Assembly: GCF_009914755.1 (NCBI RefSeq)
Contig: NC_060931.1
DNA from: the human T2T-CHM13v2.0 reference genome, Homo sapiens
DNA length: 64,000 nt
Reading direction: 5' to 3' (one strand)
The notes below the pieces were generated by a model. The model had not been told where the DNA came from, searched no databases, and saw only the letters and a program-made list of their open reading frames with translations. The translations under genes and the position numbers were made by a program. Numbering within the stretch: the first letter of the stretch is position 1; the number at the start of each line of letters is the position of its first letter. This document shows, piece after piece, positions 14,431-26,305 of this stretch.

Positions 14431-14729
14431 GACCAGGCACAGTGGCTTATGCCTGTAATCCCAGCACTTTGGGAGGCGAAGGCAGGTGGAACACCTGAGG
14501 TCAGGAGTTCAAGATCAGCCTGGCCAACATGGTGAAACTGCATCTCTACTAAAAATTCAAACATTAGCTGGGTGTGGTGGTGCACACCTGTATTCCCAGT
14601 TACTTGGGAAGCTGAGCTGGGAGGATCACTTGAACCTCTGAGGTGGAGGTTGTAGTAAGCCAAGATAGCACTACTGCACTCCAGCCTGGGAGACAGAACA
14701 AGACTCTGTCTCAAAAAAAAAAAAAAAAA
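14431..14729 (+). mobile_element. Alu (old S/J) with TSD
   Basis: Full dimer plus poly(A); gctgggcca duplicated at 14422-14430 and 14731-14739. Confidence 0.95.
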
Positions 14730-15724
14730 GGCTGGGCCAGTTATCAACATGGCTCTGGCTCTGTTTTTTTTTTTTAATTAATATTTACTGGACACCCATG
14801 ATACAAAGGCATGCACTAAGTGCTCTGTAATAGCACACTGCATGTATATGATGTGCTTCCAATATTCACAGGTATTGTCTTGTTTTGAGTTACAATACAG
14901 GCAACTTTGATGTCCTTCTCCCAGTATCAAGTGTGGAAAGTGAGGCCCAGCATGGGTTAATTTACTACACAAACTTACAGACGTGGTGGCAGAACTGGAG
15001 CTACAAAAGCACTAATAGTAATAATAAAAAGGAGAGAGGGAACAAGCCAGCATGATCCTCGTGGAAATAGCCCATCAAAAGGTTCTGCTTCATAAAAGTC
15101 TTCATTTTAAAGCAATGTTAAATGGCTTGGTTATACATGGAATGCACACAAAACTCGCTTTATCATCAAGGGTAAAGTTTCTTTTGATTAATATAGACTG
15201 ACTTCCTAAAATAATACTGTTTTAAAATATGGTTGGTGTATTCTTATATCATGTTTTTCTCTCTTCTTGCTTAAACTTAATTGAAAAAACAAGCTTCACA
15301 AAATGCACCCTAGGAATAAATAGGGTATGTAATGAGCAACCATTATACATGATTTTTTCACTCATGTGGAACCCCTATAACCCACTAATGAGTTCACCAC
15401 TTGTGACGTACTAAGGCCCTTTGTTTCAACTAGTTTAATCATATTTTATGGCTAACCATTATGTCTCTTCTATTCATGTGTATACTCTTTCATCGCTAGG
15501 TAAAGTGTTCATACTTTATGGTCCAATTTATTATTTGGCTGCATCTGAAAATCAAGCTTATATGAATATTTTGTTTGATATGCAAAATATACTAAAGTTT
15601 CTATTACTTTCATAAACATATAATAAGTTGTATAAAAAGGCAGAGTTTAGGAAAAGAAAATTGGGGAGTTCCCAAGCTTTCTCATACTAAGTATGCAAAA
15701 ATTCATTTCGCTCAATATTACTGA

Positions 15725-15935
15725 TAATAATGGCTATATTTATGGAGTACCTTCTCTGTGCCTTACTCTTTCTGTATACATTTATATATTTATTGTTTCA
15801 CCTAACTAAGTCTTCAAAACGGTCGTATACAATAGTTATCTCCACTTCACAGCTGAAGAAACTGAGGTTCAGCAAGCGTAACTTTTCCATGTCACACAAT
15901 GGCAAACTTGAGCATGTATTTCATCCTGAACACAC
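15725..15935 (-). mobile_element. MIR
   Basis: cagctgaagaaactgaggttcag...gtcacaca core. Confidence 0.7.
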
Positions 15936-16029
15936 TGCCTACTACATCATAGCTGTTCCCTATCCTCATTCCTTCCATTCTATCAGACCAATAGGCTGAA
16001 GCTCTTAATTCTTATTCCATCATCTTTCC

Positions 16030-16590
16030 AGTTCATTTATTCAGTTATTTACTTAAAATACATTTATTGAATACCTACCACAGGACAGTCATGGTTTTAG
16101 AAACTGAGGACATAAAGTTAACAAGACCAATTCCTTGCTCTCAAGCATTTATAGTGTCAGGACGAAGTCAGGCAACAAGACATAAACAAACAAGATAATT
16201 TCAGAAAGTGATAAGTGCTGGAAAGACTGACAGAGTGAAGTGATAGAGAATATGGGAATGGGGGCTGGTGAAGTGGGGAGTGTCTATTTTAAATGAGGAG
16301 ACCTTTTTGAGGAGAAGACATCTGAGCTGGACTCTGAATGATATAAAGAAGACACCAGGTGATCTGGGGCTGGGTGTTCCCATCAGAGGGAACATCAAGT
16401 GCAAAAGCCTAAGGCAAAAACAAATTTAGTATGTTCACAGAATAGCCAGAATGCCATTGTGGATGGAATTTACTGAGCTGACATGAAGGTGGTAGGAGGC
16501 GAGATGGGGTTCAGGAAATAAGCAAATATAGAGCCTTATTAGCCCTAGTAAAGTTTGGTTTTATTTTAAGTGCAGGGGAAGCTACTGGAG
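16030..16590 (-). mobile_element. L2 3' fragment
   Basis: ttcatttattca...atttattgaatacctacca and downstream L2-like text. Confidence 0.75.
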
Positions 16591-17556
16591 TATGTGGGAG
16601 TCCCCCATTCTTACCACCATAGGTAATTCTGCCTCTAATTACAGCCAGTTTAACTAGCTCATATTTAACAGATTTCCTGCTTCTCATACCTCTACCCACT
16701 GTCTGTTATCCTATTGTGATGGAGGAAATTCTCAATCACCCAATTGGAATCTCTTCTCTTTCCCTTGGATTTTCCTGACAAACGTCACCTCCATGTACTG
16801 ATGCCAGAGTCACATTAGCTTGATATGCTGCCCTAAGCCTGCCCTACCACTCACGAAAATTATCTTTACCTTCTCAGCTCTGATGCTGATCATCTCAGCT
16901 AGACGTTAAGGGAAACCTCAAGGGGGTAAAGGTGGATGCCACTTGCTTTAAAGTGTAGCAAACTGACACCACTTAATAGACCCTATAAGAAATATTCAAA
17001 TTTTGAAAGAGAATTCATGTTAATCCAAATGATTTTTCATTCTGTAGGTATCATAACTGTAAGAAAGTGACTTGAATTATAATCAGGTGACTTGAGATCA
17101 TCACAAGATCCCAACCCAGGTTTCTCCAGGGTTAGCCCTTTTAATTCATTCTGCTTTTCAAAGTTTTTTGACTTTCTTACTTTCTAAAGGTTTATTTAAA
17201 AGTTCCCAAAATCTATTCTATATACTTGTATGTATATAGAATTTATATATCATGTATGTATACACAATTTATCTATTGTGTATAAATATATATATAAAAG
17301 TTTATACTCTATATATACAAGGGTGTATATATATATACTTATATGTATATATTTATACACAATAGCTGTACAAACCATTTCTAGAGAGAATGTGTTCTAA
17401 TATATGATTACAAGCTTCACTATTATTATATTTTGAATCCAAAGGTCATTAATAAAAAAGATTCCAAGTGATTTCAATGGTGTTGAAAAGTAGTTGCAAT
17501 CATGCGTTTAGTATTTTGTCCATAATTCAGTCAGATGAAAAAGCCAGAAAAAGCAA

Positions 17557-17577
17557 TTATATATATAATTATATATA

Positions 17578-17624
<47 letters not shown>

Positions 17625-17643
17625 ATATATATGTACGTATGTA

Positions 17644-17687
<44 letters not shown>
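17557..17687. repeat. Compound (TA)n/(TG)n microsatellite
   Basis: Alternating TA and TG blocks. Confidence 0.95.
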
Positions 17688-17864
17688 GTGGTCTCATAAT
17701 TTCTTTAGTATTTTATATAAAAATTATCCTTTAAAAATTTTCATACAAGCATGACTTCAGAAATTCTACTTCTCTTACACCTAATATTAGGAAGCAACTT
17801 CAGTGACATTTGAGAATAAATCAAAGACAGACATAGGACCCAGGAGAAATGGAATTAGCCCAGG

Positions 17865-18645
17865 TACTATGGTCTGAATGCTTCTGTCCCCCTAAAATTC
17901 ATATGTTGAAAACCTAATCACCAATGCAGTAGTATTAGAATGTGGGAACTTTGGGAGTTGATATAGTTTGGATATTTGTCCATGCCCAAATCTCATACAG
18001 AATTGTAATCTCCAGTGCTGGAGGTGGGGCCTTGTGGGAGGTGTTTGGGTCATGGGGGTGGGTCCCTCATGGCTTGGTGCTGTCTTCACAATAATGGGTG
18101 AGTTCTCACAAAATCTGGTTGTTAAGAAGTGTGTGACACCTTCCCCTCCACTCTCTTTCTTGCTCCTGCTTTCGCCATGTGAGATGCCTTCTCCCATTTT
18201 GTCCTCCACCATGACTAAAAGCTCCCTGAGCCTCCCCTGAAGCTGAGAAGATGCTAGCACTGTGCTTGTACAGCCTGCAGAACTGTAAGCCAACTAAATC
18301 TTTTTTCATTATAAATTACCCAGTCTCAATTATTTCTTTATAGCAATGCAACAACAGCCTAACACAGAAGTGACTAGACGATGAGGGTAGAGACCAAATA
18401 AATGGGATTAGTACTCTTATAAAAGAGGACCCGAGGAAGCTCCCCCAGCCCCCTGCTTCCACCATGTGAAGTTACAGTGAGAAGACATTGTCTATGAAGA
18501 AAGCAAGCCCTCAACAGATATGTAATCTACCTACACCTTGATCTTGGACTTCTCGGGCTCTAGAACTATAGGAAATACATCTATGTTGTTTCTAAGTCAC
18601 CCAGTTTGTTGTGTTTTGTTATAGCTGCCCAAGGGGACTAAGACA
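17865..18645 (+). mobile_element. MLT1A/MSTD-like LTR split by an MST insertion
   Basis: tactatggtctgaatg...aaattcatatgttgaaa start; gttatagctgccc...gactaagaca end. Confidence 0.8.
17959..18366 (+). mobile_element. MSTA/MSTB-like solo LTR nested in older LTR
   Basis: TG...CA termini; 5-bp TSD ggagt/gaagt. Confidence 0.88.
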
Positions 18646-18930
18646 CATCTGGTGTCTTTTATTATAAGGGGCTCCCCTCATGAACTCTTCCAAACATAAT
18701 TAATGCCTAAAGGCCCCACCTCCAAATACCATCACATTGGTGGTTAGGGGTCCAACTTATGAATTTGGGGGCAAGCACAATTCAGTCTATAGCACTTGCA
18801 GATTCAAGTTAGGTGACAGGGATAGTATAGACCTGACTTCTGGTTGAGAAGAGGAGTATCACAATTATATTGTAAAAAGATCATAAAGGATGGGCAATCT
18901 TGTAACCATCTTGAAAAATACAATGCACCA
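18646..18930 (-). mobile_element. Antisense MLT1 LTR fragments
   Basis: ccccacctccaaataccatcacattgg...cagtctatagca, then older MLT1-like text. Confidence 0.6.
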
Positions 18931-18984
18931 CTTTATGTGTGGATGTATATACACAGGTACATACACACACACATACGTGGGTGC

Positions 18985-20400
18985 ACATATTCTGTAACTA
19001 CATTCAGTAAGAGAGCCTAAGGGTAGCAATCACGCCTAACTCTAATAGAAGAGAGCACATATAGTGTTCATATGTTGGCCTCTGAATACCACTCTTCTTT
19101 ATAAGGAACCAGGGCTCCTTGGGGAAATTGCTGATGCAAGAGGTAGGGCAGGAAAAGCGCAAGATGAAGATGTATCTAGAACCTTCTGTGACAGAAAGCA
19201 AAGAATGATGTGGGCTGCCAAAAGAACACAGATTTCAGCTTGAAGGAGTTCCACTGGCCAACTCTGCAACCATTTTAAACATCAAAATAAATAATGATAG
19301 TAACTAGTAACTGATTATAACCCATTGAATTAAGTAAGAGAATAAAAAGGTTTAGTGAAGAATAGGTTATGTACATAGTTTCAAATTATCTCCCCATGCA
19401 AATGCTACTTATTTACAAGAACAGAAAAGGAATTTCACAATGAAGAAGCCTGGGCATACATCATCTTAATCAAGTGATCACAGTGAACATAGTCATTAAT
19501 GGGACAAATTAAAATTCAACAGTACTTGATAGGATGCAATGAGAAAAAAAGCAAGATCTCTTTTGTGATACTCCTGCAAAAGTTAAATAACTTTTATCAA
19601 ATTGTGAGGAAGCATCAGACACCCAGAATGAGGAATAGTTACAAAACAACTGCCCTGTCATTTTCAATAGTTTTGACATGGTTTGGCGTGTCCCCACCCA
19701 AATCTCATCTCGAATTGTAGGTCCTATAATTCCCACATGTTGTAGGAGGAACGCAGTGAGAGATAATTGAATCATGGGGGCGGTTTCGCCCATACTGTTC
19801 TTGTGGTAGTGTCTCACAAGATCTGACGGTTTTATAATGAGAACTCTTTTTCTTGGTTCTCACTCCCTCTTGTCCGCTGCCATGTAAGACATGCCTTTCA
19901 CCTTCTGCCATGATTGTAAGGCCTCCCTAGCCATGTGGAACTGCGAGTCCATTAAACCTCTTTTTCTTTATAAATTACCCATTCTCAAGTATGTCTTTAT
20001 CAGCAGTGTGAAAACAGACTAATACAAGTGTCAAATTCATTAATGTCAAAGAAAGACTGAAGAACTGCTCCAGACTAAAGAGGACTAAAAAGATATGACA
20101 ATTAAATGCAACGTGTGATTCTGAACTGGATATGTTTGCTGTAAAGAACATTATTAGGACAACTAGTAAACTTGAACAGAGTCAGAAAATTACATGGTAG
20201 AAATGCATCAGTGCTGATTTTCTCACTTTGATGATTGCATTGTGTTGACATAGGAGAATATCCTTGTTTATAGGAGACACAGTAAAGAATTCAGTGTGAC
20301 GGGGCATCAAGGCGGCAACTTACTCTGAAGTGGTTCAGAAAAGCATTTTGTTGTTGTTTTCTGTACTTGTAGTTTTTTAAAAGTGAAAGATTGTATCAAA
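18985..20400 (+). mobile_element. Old L1M (L1MC-like) 3' region, interrupted by THE1
   Basis: aattaaatgcaacgtgtgattctgaactgga and related L1MC 3'UTR motifs. Confidence 0.6.
19674..20026 (+). mobile_element. THE1 solo LTR
   Basis: tgacatggtttggcgtgtccccacccaaatctcatc...gactaataca; TSD agttt/agtgt. Confidence 0.92.
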
Positions 20401-21019
20401 TTATATTTATAAAAACTACACATGGTTTAGTGTCACATCAAAATTTCCAGACATAATAACCACATGTCTTCTACCTTTTGGTTTTTTATCTCACCTTACA
20501 TCTTGTATGTAACACTTCCCTGGCAATGACCACCACCTGCTTCAGTTGCAGAGCTGGCCAATCCATCACTCATCATTTTCCAGGAATATTTTCATCTCTT
20601 CTCTCTCTTAGAAAATTTTGTCATATTCTTTATGACCCCTTGAGATGTCCACTCTCCTGTGAAACCTTTTCAATTCTCCTGAACACATTTACTTAGTCCC
20701 CTATTCCCATCACTTTTGTATATTACCCTAATACAGTACATGTAGTGAAGGAAAGGCCTGTGATGTATGATGTATTTGTCTTTCCATTCCCATGATCTCT
20801 AGAATATAAGGGCATTCCAACACATTGTGCTGAATAAGTAAACACTAAACTAATAAAGTGTCAAAATTGTTTGTTAATATTTTATTCACTAGCAGTTCTA
20901 ATATTTAATCATTGATATCATACAAACTTGTGGACATAAAATCTTTTTGAGAGGTTTTAGTTGTTCTATTATATATGCATTACATTATGAGTCCCTTCAG
21001 ATTATTTTTTGAGTACAAT

Positions 21020-21155
21020 GAGGAGGGAAGAGGAAAAGAAGGAGGGAGGGAGAGAGGGATGGAAGGAAGGAAGAAGGGAGGGAAGGCAAGGCAGGAAGTC
21101 AGGAAGTCGAGAAGTTAGGAAGGAAGGAAAGAAGGAAGGGAAGGAGGAAGGGAAA
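21020..21155. repeat. (GGAA)n-like purine-rich tract
   Basis: ggaaggaagg repeats. Confidence 0.85.
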
Positions 21156-21344
21156 AAATGAGAAAGCATACATAGTGTTAAATTTAGTGTAGTCCAGTCG
21201 CAAAATAAGTGAATTGTGTCCATTTCATTAGAAGGGGGAAGTAATTTTGAATTCAAAAACTTCAGTGAATTGGTAGGACTTAGCATCATCTCTAACATCT
21301 GGTCTGCAAGGCTGCCTGGCCAAAGTAGACAAAACATCCACTTT

Positions 21345-21560
21345 AGGGTAGTCAAAACTAGATATGACCCCCAACTCTGCCACTTTTCTGATATCTGATC
21401 TTGGACAAGTTAGTTAATCTCTGTGATTCTCAGATTCCTCATCTACTAAATGGAAATAATACCATTAAATCTATCAGTTTATTGTGGAGATTAGAGGAAA
21501 TTTTTAAAATAAAGACCATAGCATTATTCTTGGAATATTTTAAGTCCCTAGAAGGTGGAA
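21345..21560 (+). mobile_element. MIR
   Basis: tcttggacaagttagttaatctctgtgattctcagattcctcatct core. Confidence 0.7.
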
Positions 21561-23699
21561 GCTATTAATTTTATCTCTAAAATTTTGATACTCTATACTG
21601 TCCAATTGAAAGGCTGTCACTTTGTTGTATTTTACTAATAAATTAATACACTAAAATAAATATTATAATTATGAGGCAGCAAAATCTTACTTCTGAATAA
21701 TCCAGTGGTTTCTTCTTTATCTATAAAAATGTTATGTTTATGATTACAGGTTCTATTTTCAATTTGGTTATTTTCCAAGTCAGATGAATTTTCAAGTTAG
21801 TTGTGTATGAGGAAAGCGAATTGGACATTTTGCACATATAAAGCTTCTTTGGTTTGACAAGTTGAGAGGTATATTGTGCTTAGTTCTCAGGATCATTTTC
21901 TTCCTTTCCAGACAAAAGGTTTTCTGCTGCTAATCTGTCAGTCTTAAATCTCATGGGATATGCTCTCTTCAACCCTCCTCTCTCTTGTTTTTTGAGTAAA
22001 TAATTATCTGATGTTTTCCTTCTAACGCATACATTGCTCTAAATCAAAGCTCTCTGAAAGAAAAATTTACATGGAAATGAATGACCTAGTAAGTATTAAC
22101 GGTATTTTGAAATAATAAACAGCAGCTATAATGGCTTTTAGCCAAGTCAAACTAAAAAAATAAAATAAAGTAGAGGTTACCAAGTTCAGACTGATGTTAT
22201 TTTTCACATCACTTCTCTTAGAGTTAGAAAATCCGTGAGGAATAACAATAAAGTCCCCCAAACGTGAGGCAACAAAGGAATTAGAAAAGTAAGACCAAGA
22301 TATCACACTTTTAACTTTAAGGTCAAGGAGAGTAAGAAACCTAAGCATATAGATCCGTTCAAAGTCTCTATTTGTGTGGGCTCCTTTAACTTCTAATACT
22401 GTGTGTGAATTTCTATGGTGTTCATATTCACATCCTTCACATGAATCACTGAAGGAGTTTTTGTATAGCATCTCCTTCTGTATTCACTCTAAACAAGTCA
22501 GCAATCACTATTCGCTCTTAAGAATTTGAAGAACTTTCTTTTTACGCACTTTGAAAAGCGTTGTATAAAATTGGAAATTTCCAGAGTGTTGTTTATGTTC
22601 AAGGACAGAGTTAAACAATGAGGAGACACCAGGCTTGGATGAGTCTTCAAAAACAAAGGCAACCTATAATCCTTTATGACAAAAAGACATTATTTGGAAA
22701 ATGCTGTGCATGGATGAATCACAGAATACAGAATTACCAATGTAATTATCACTGATAAGTCCCCCTCCTCATGCTCTGTGCCCATATTGCTGGGGCTTTA
22801 ACAGTGCTCAAGAGCTATATTTTGCATTGTAGATTTCAGAGAGCCCCTAACAAGTCACCCATATTTTGGAAGCAGTGAGCAGGAGGATTAATGAGTTGCT
22901 TAGGCCCCCTCTTTTGAATGAGTATTTATTGATTCTGACAGAGGCATAGGGAAGTGAATGATAGAGGGAAGAGTTGCATACCTCATCTGGCTCTCTGCCT
23001 TAATTTGTTTGTGAAAATGGATTAAGACTGATGGCAAATAAGACTGTGCAGGGAAGACAGGACACAGAAAACTATAATGGTCACAGAAGGAGAGAGCATT
23101 GACTAAAAAAAATATAGTTTTTAGCTGGGTGCTATTTTTATAATCTAGGATTTTAGGCACACATAAGCTATTTTAATGTCATGCATATGAATATATTCAC
23201 AAAGTTATATGCAATTTACAGCCTTTAAAACAAGGTTTTCCTAACTTACAGCACTGTAAGCTCAATTTCATGTACCTGGGTCTGAAAAAAAATCAGATTG
23301 TGTTCTTTTGGTCTCATACATCATCACTAATAAAAGATTTCTGGTGCTGGACCACAGATGGCACCTTTGTTAAAGATGCATGAAGTCAATGGAATAGACC
23401 TGATTTCTCTACAACTGTGTAGGCTCTGGAGGTCTGATGGTAATAAGCATTTGTTTGTCACTTACATGATGCATAAATCATTCAGAAGAGAAGATACAAT
23501 TAAGGGGGGGGTGTTCGTTTGCTTTTTTGTTTTGTTTTTGCTCAGGTGTGCTGTTGACCAGACCAAAATTAAGGCTAAGAATGAAGTGTTATTGGTATCA
23601 TCTCATTCTACATGGCTTTTATCCTCTTTTGTTTTGATAGGGTAAGCAGCTGTAGGTTGAAGACTACGGTCACCTAGATCTCCATGTGGCTATATTCTT

Positions 23700-24159
23700 C
23701 TATTAGTTTCCTAGGCCGTCATAACAAAGAACCACAAACCAAGTGTCTAAAAACAACAGAAATTTATTGTCTCACAGTTTTGGAGGCTAGAAGTCTTAAA
23801 GCAAGGTGTTGGCAGGGCCATCCTTCCTCCAAAGTCTGGAGGTAAGAACCTTTCCTTTCCCCTTCTACCTGTTGATATTTCTCAGAAATCACTGGCATTT
23901 CTCGCCTTGTAGACACATCATTTCAATCTCTGCCTCTATTGTCACATGGCTATCTTTTACCACGGTGTCTCACTTGCTGTGTTCTTTTCTTCTTACAAAA
24001 ATGTCAATTATATTGTATTAAGGCCCATTCTACTCCAGTATGGCCTCATCGTAATTACATCTGCAAAGACCCTACATCCAATAAATTCACGTTCTGGGAT
24101 GCTAGGGGTTAGGACTTCATCACATCTTTTTCTGAAGGACACAATTCAACTCATGACAG
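23700..24159 (-). mobile_element. MLT1 (B/C-like) LTR
   Basis: tattagtttcctagg...aacaacagaaatttattgtctcacagttttggaggctagaagtc...acacaattcaac. Confidence 0.85.
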
Positions 24160-25521
24160 TTCTCAATTGATTTTCCTAAACCTATTGTGTTTTGGAGGAT
24201 ATATTTACATGTAAGAGGGTGAGAAGTACATGCCAGCAAGGAGAAAAATTGCAAGAGTACTTAAAGTTATGTTTGAATTTCACTAACTGTCTTACCTTCT
24301 CAATCTAATTTTAGCATTCCTTTGTTAGAATTTTAAAGCTGTAGAATGTTTGAAGAGCAGAGCTTCCTCGTTTGTGATGTGTTTGACATAATTTCTTAAA
24401 AAATTACCTGGAACTAGTTATTCTGGTTTACCAACTAACTGCTAATGAATTAGCATACCTTCCTCAAACCCCTAAGTCTATCTTTAATACAGATTAGTTT
24501 CAGATAGGCTTGCAACTCAGGCTATAAACCAAATTCCTACTATGTGTCAGGCCCCAGGCAATAAGCTTTTTATCCAACTCTCTGCAAAATCCTATTCCGT
24601 TAGTTATTACTCTATCAATTTTACATATAAGTGAACAAACTAATTATAGTTATGTGAGGCCAACAACTTCTTATAAAGCGTTAAATGCAGCAAACCTACC
24701 TTTTGAATTTTCTCTTAAGCCAAAAAACTGGCTCAACTAATTTTCCCTCCCTGACTTGACTGGTTCTTTTGGTATGACATATGTATTGACTCATTACAGT
24801 TTTACATCCAGGCTGTGCTTATTATAGAGGGGAAAATTTGCCCTTAATTTACCTTCTGGAACATTTGTTTGTCTACTACTCTTTTTGAAGGTGTATATAG
24901 AAAATTTTCTGCCTATTTTCAATTAAAAGGGATACAATTTTATTTTACTTTAATGTAGAGAACAAACTCAGATTGAAGCCATTATAATATGGCAATGTAT
25001 ATCTTTACCTGATATAAACAATATTTAATTCAATTCAATTGACACAAACCTCTTATTTTAGCATTATTATGATCACGGTATTTTTAAGACAATAATCTCA
25101 CACCTGCTCCATTTACCAAAACCTGAGGAAATAATTGACATTGTTCTAATATCAAAACTTAGCTTTTATCTAATGTAATATTCTCCTTTTAAAAATCTCC
25201 TTATTCTACTCTTTTCTGTTTATGACCTGTCACTACACAGAAGAGAAGGCACTGTTTGTTTCTACCTGAAGCGCATTACACATTAAATGAGATTCAGACA
25301 CCCTTTCATAGTTCACGAGATGCTGCCTGATATGAACTCAGTTCATTTGTGCTGATGCCAGCCACATTCCACAGCACCACATTAGCCTCCTCGCAGTAGT
25401 TACTACAAGAACAGATTCTTTTCCTCCTCAGAACCTCCATGTATGCTGTTCCCTTAGCTCCTCCACGGCTAGCTCCTTCCAATCATTCATAAGCATGTTT
25501 GGAATGTGTGTTCATGGATGC

Positions 25522-25913
25522 TGTGATAAACTGGATGTCCATGTCTCTTCCAAATTCTTATATTGACGTCCTAATACTCAATGTCATGATATTTGGAGTT
25601 GAGGGTATTAGGAGGTAATTGGGTTTAGATGAGATCATGGGGGCGGAGTTTCCTCTTATAAGAAGAGACCAGAGAGCTTGCACATGTTTTGTTTGTTTGT
25701 TTGTTTTGTTTTGTTTTTTTTTTTCTCTCTCTGCCATGTAAAGACACAGCACAAAGATAGCCTCTGCAAACCAGGAAGAGGGTCCACACCCAGAACTTCA
25801 CCATGCTGGCACCATGATCGTGGATTTTCAGCCTCCCAAACTGTGAGAAATAAATGCTTGTTTAAGCCGCCCAATCTATGTATTTGTTATAGCAGCCCAA
25901 GTTAATTAAGACA
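25522..25913 (+). mobile_element. MLT1A/MSTD-like LTR
   Basis: cagcctcccaaactgtgagaaataaatg...gttatagcagccc...taagaca. Confidence 0.82.
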
Positions 25914-26214
25914 GTTACCTTCTCTGCTTACTCTTTTTAAGTCTATTTCCCCATGTAATTTTCCAACCCCCTGCCTTATTTATTTCCTTAAAGGCACTTA
26001 ACATCCTTAATTATTTATTTATTTCCTGGTTATTACCAGTTTTCCCTCTAGACTGTAAGGTCTGTGAATGTGCGGAATATATTTTTTTCTTGACCATAAT
26101 ACACTATCTATACTACCTATTTCATTGCCTGTTATCTATTAGGTATGCATTAAATAATTGTGGAAAAATATAAATAGGCATTTAATACTTGGATTCACTC
26201 TGAAGTCTTGGTAC

Positions 26215-26305
26215 ATTTTTTAATTGATACATAATGATTGTGCCTATTTCTGGGTATATGTTATATTTTGATACATGCATATAACGTGTAATGATCAAAT
26301 CATTT
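26215..26305 (-). mobile_element. L1MA 3' terminal fragment
   Basis: taattgatacataat...ttttgatacatgcatataacgtgtaatgatcaaatca. Confidence 0.7.

Noticed and set aside
22067-22471. 134-aa minus-strand ORF in unique sequence
   Set aside because: No recognisable protein features or splice context; cannot be supported without a homology search.
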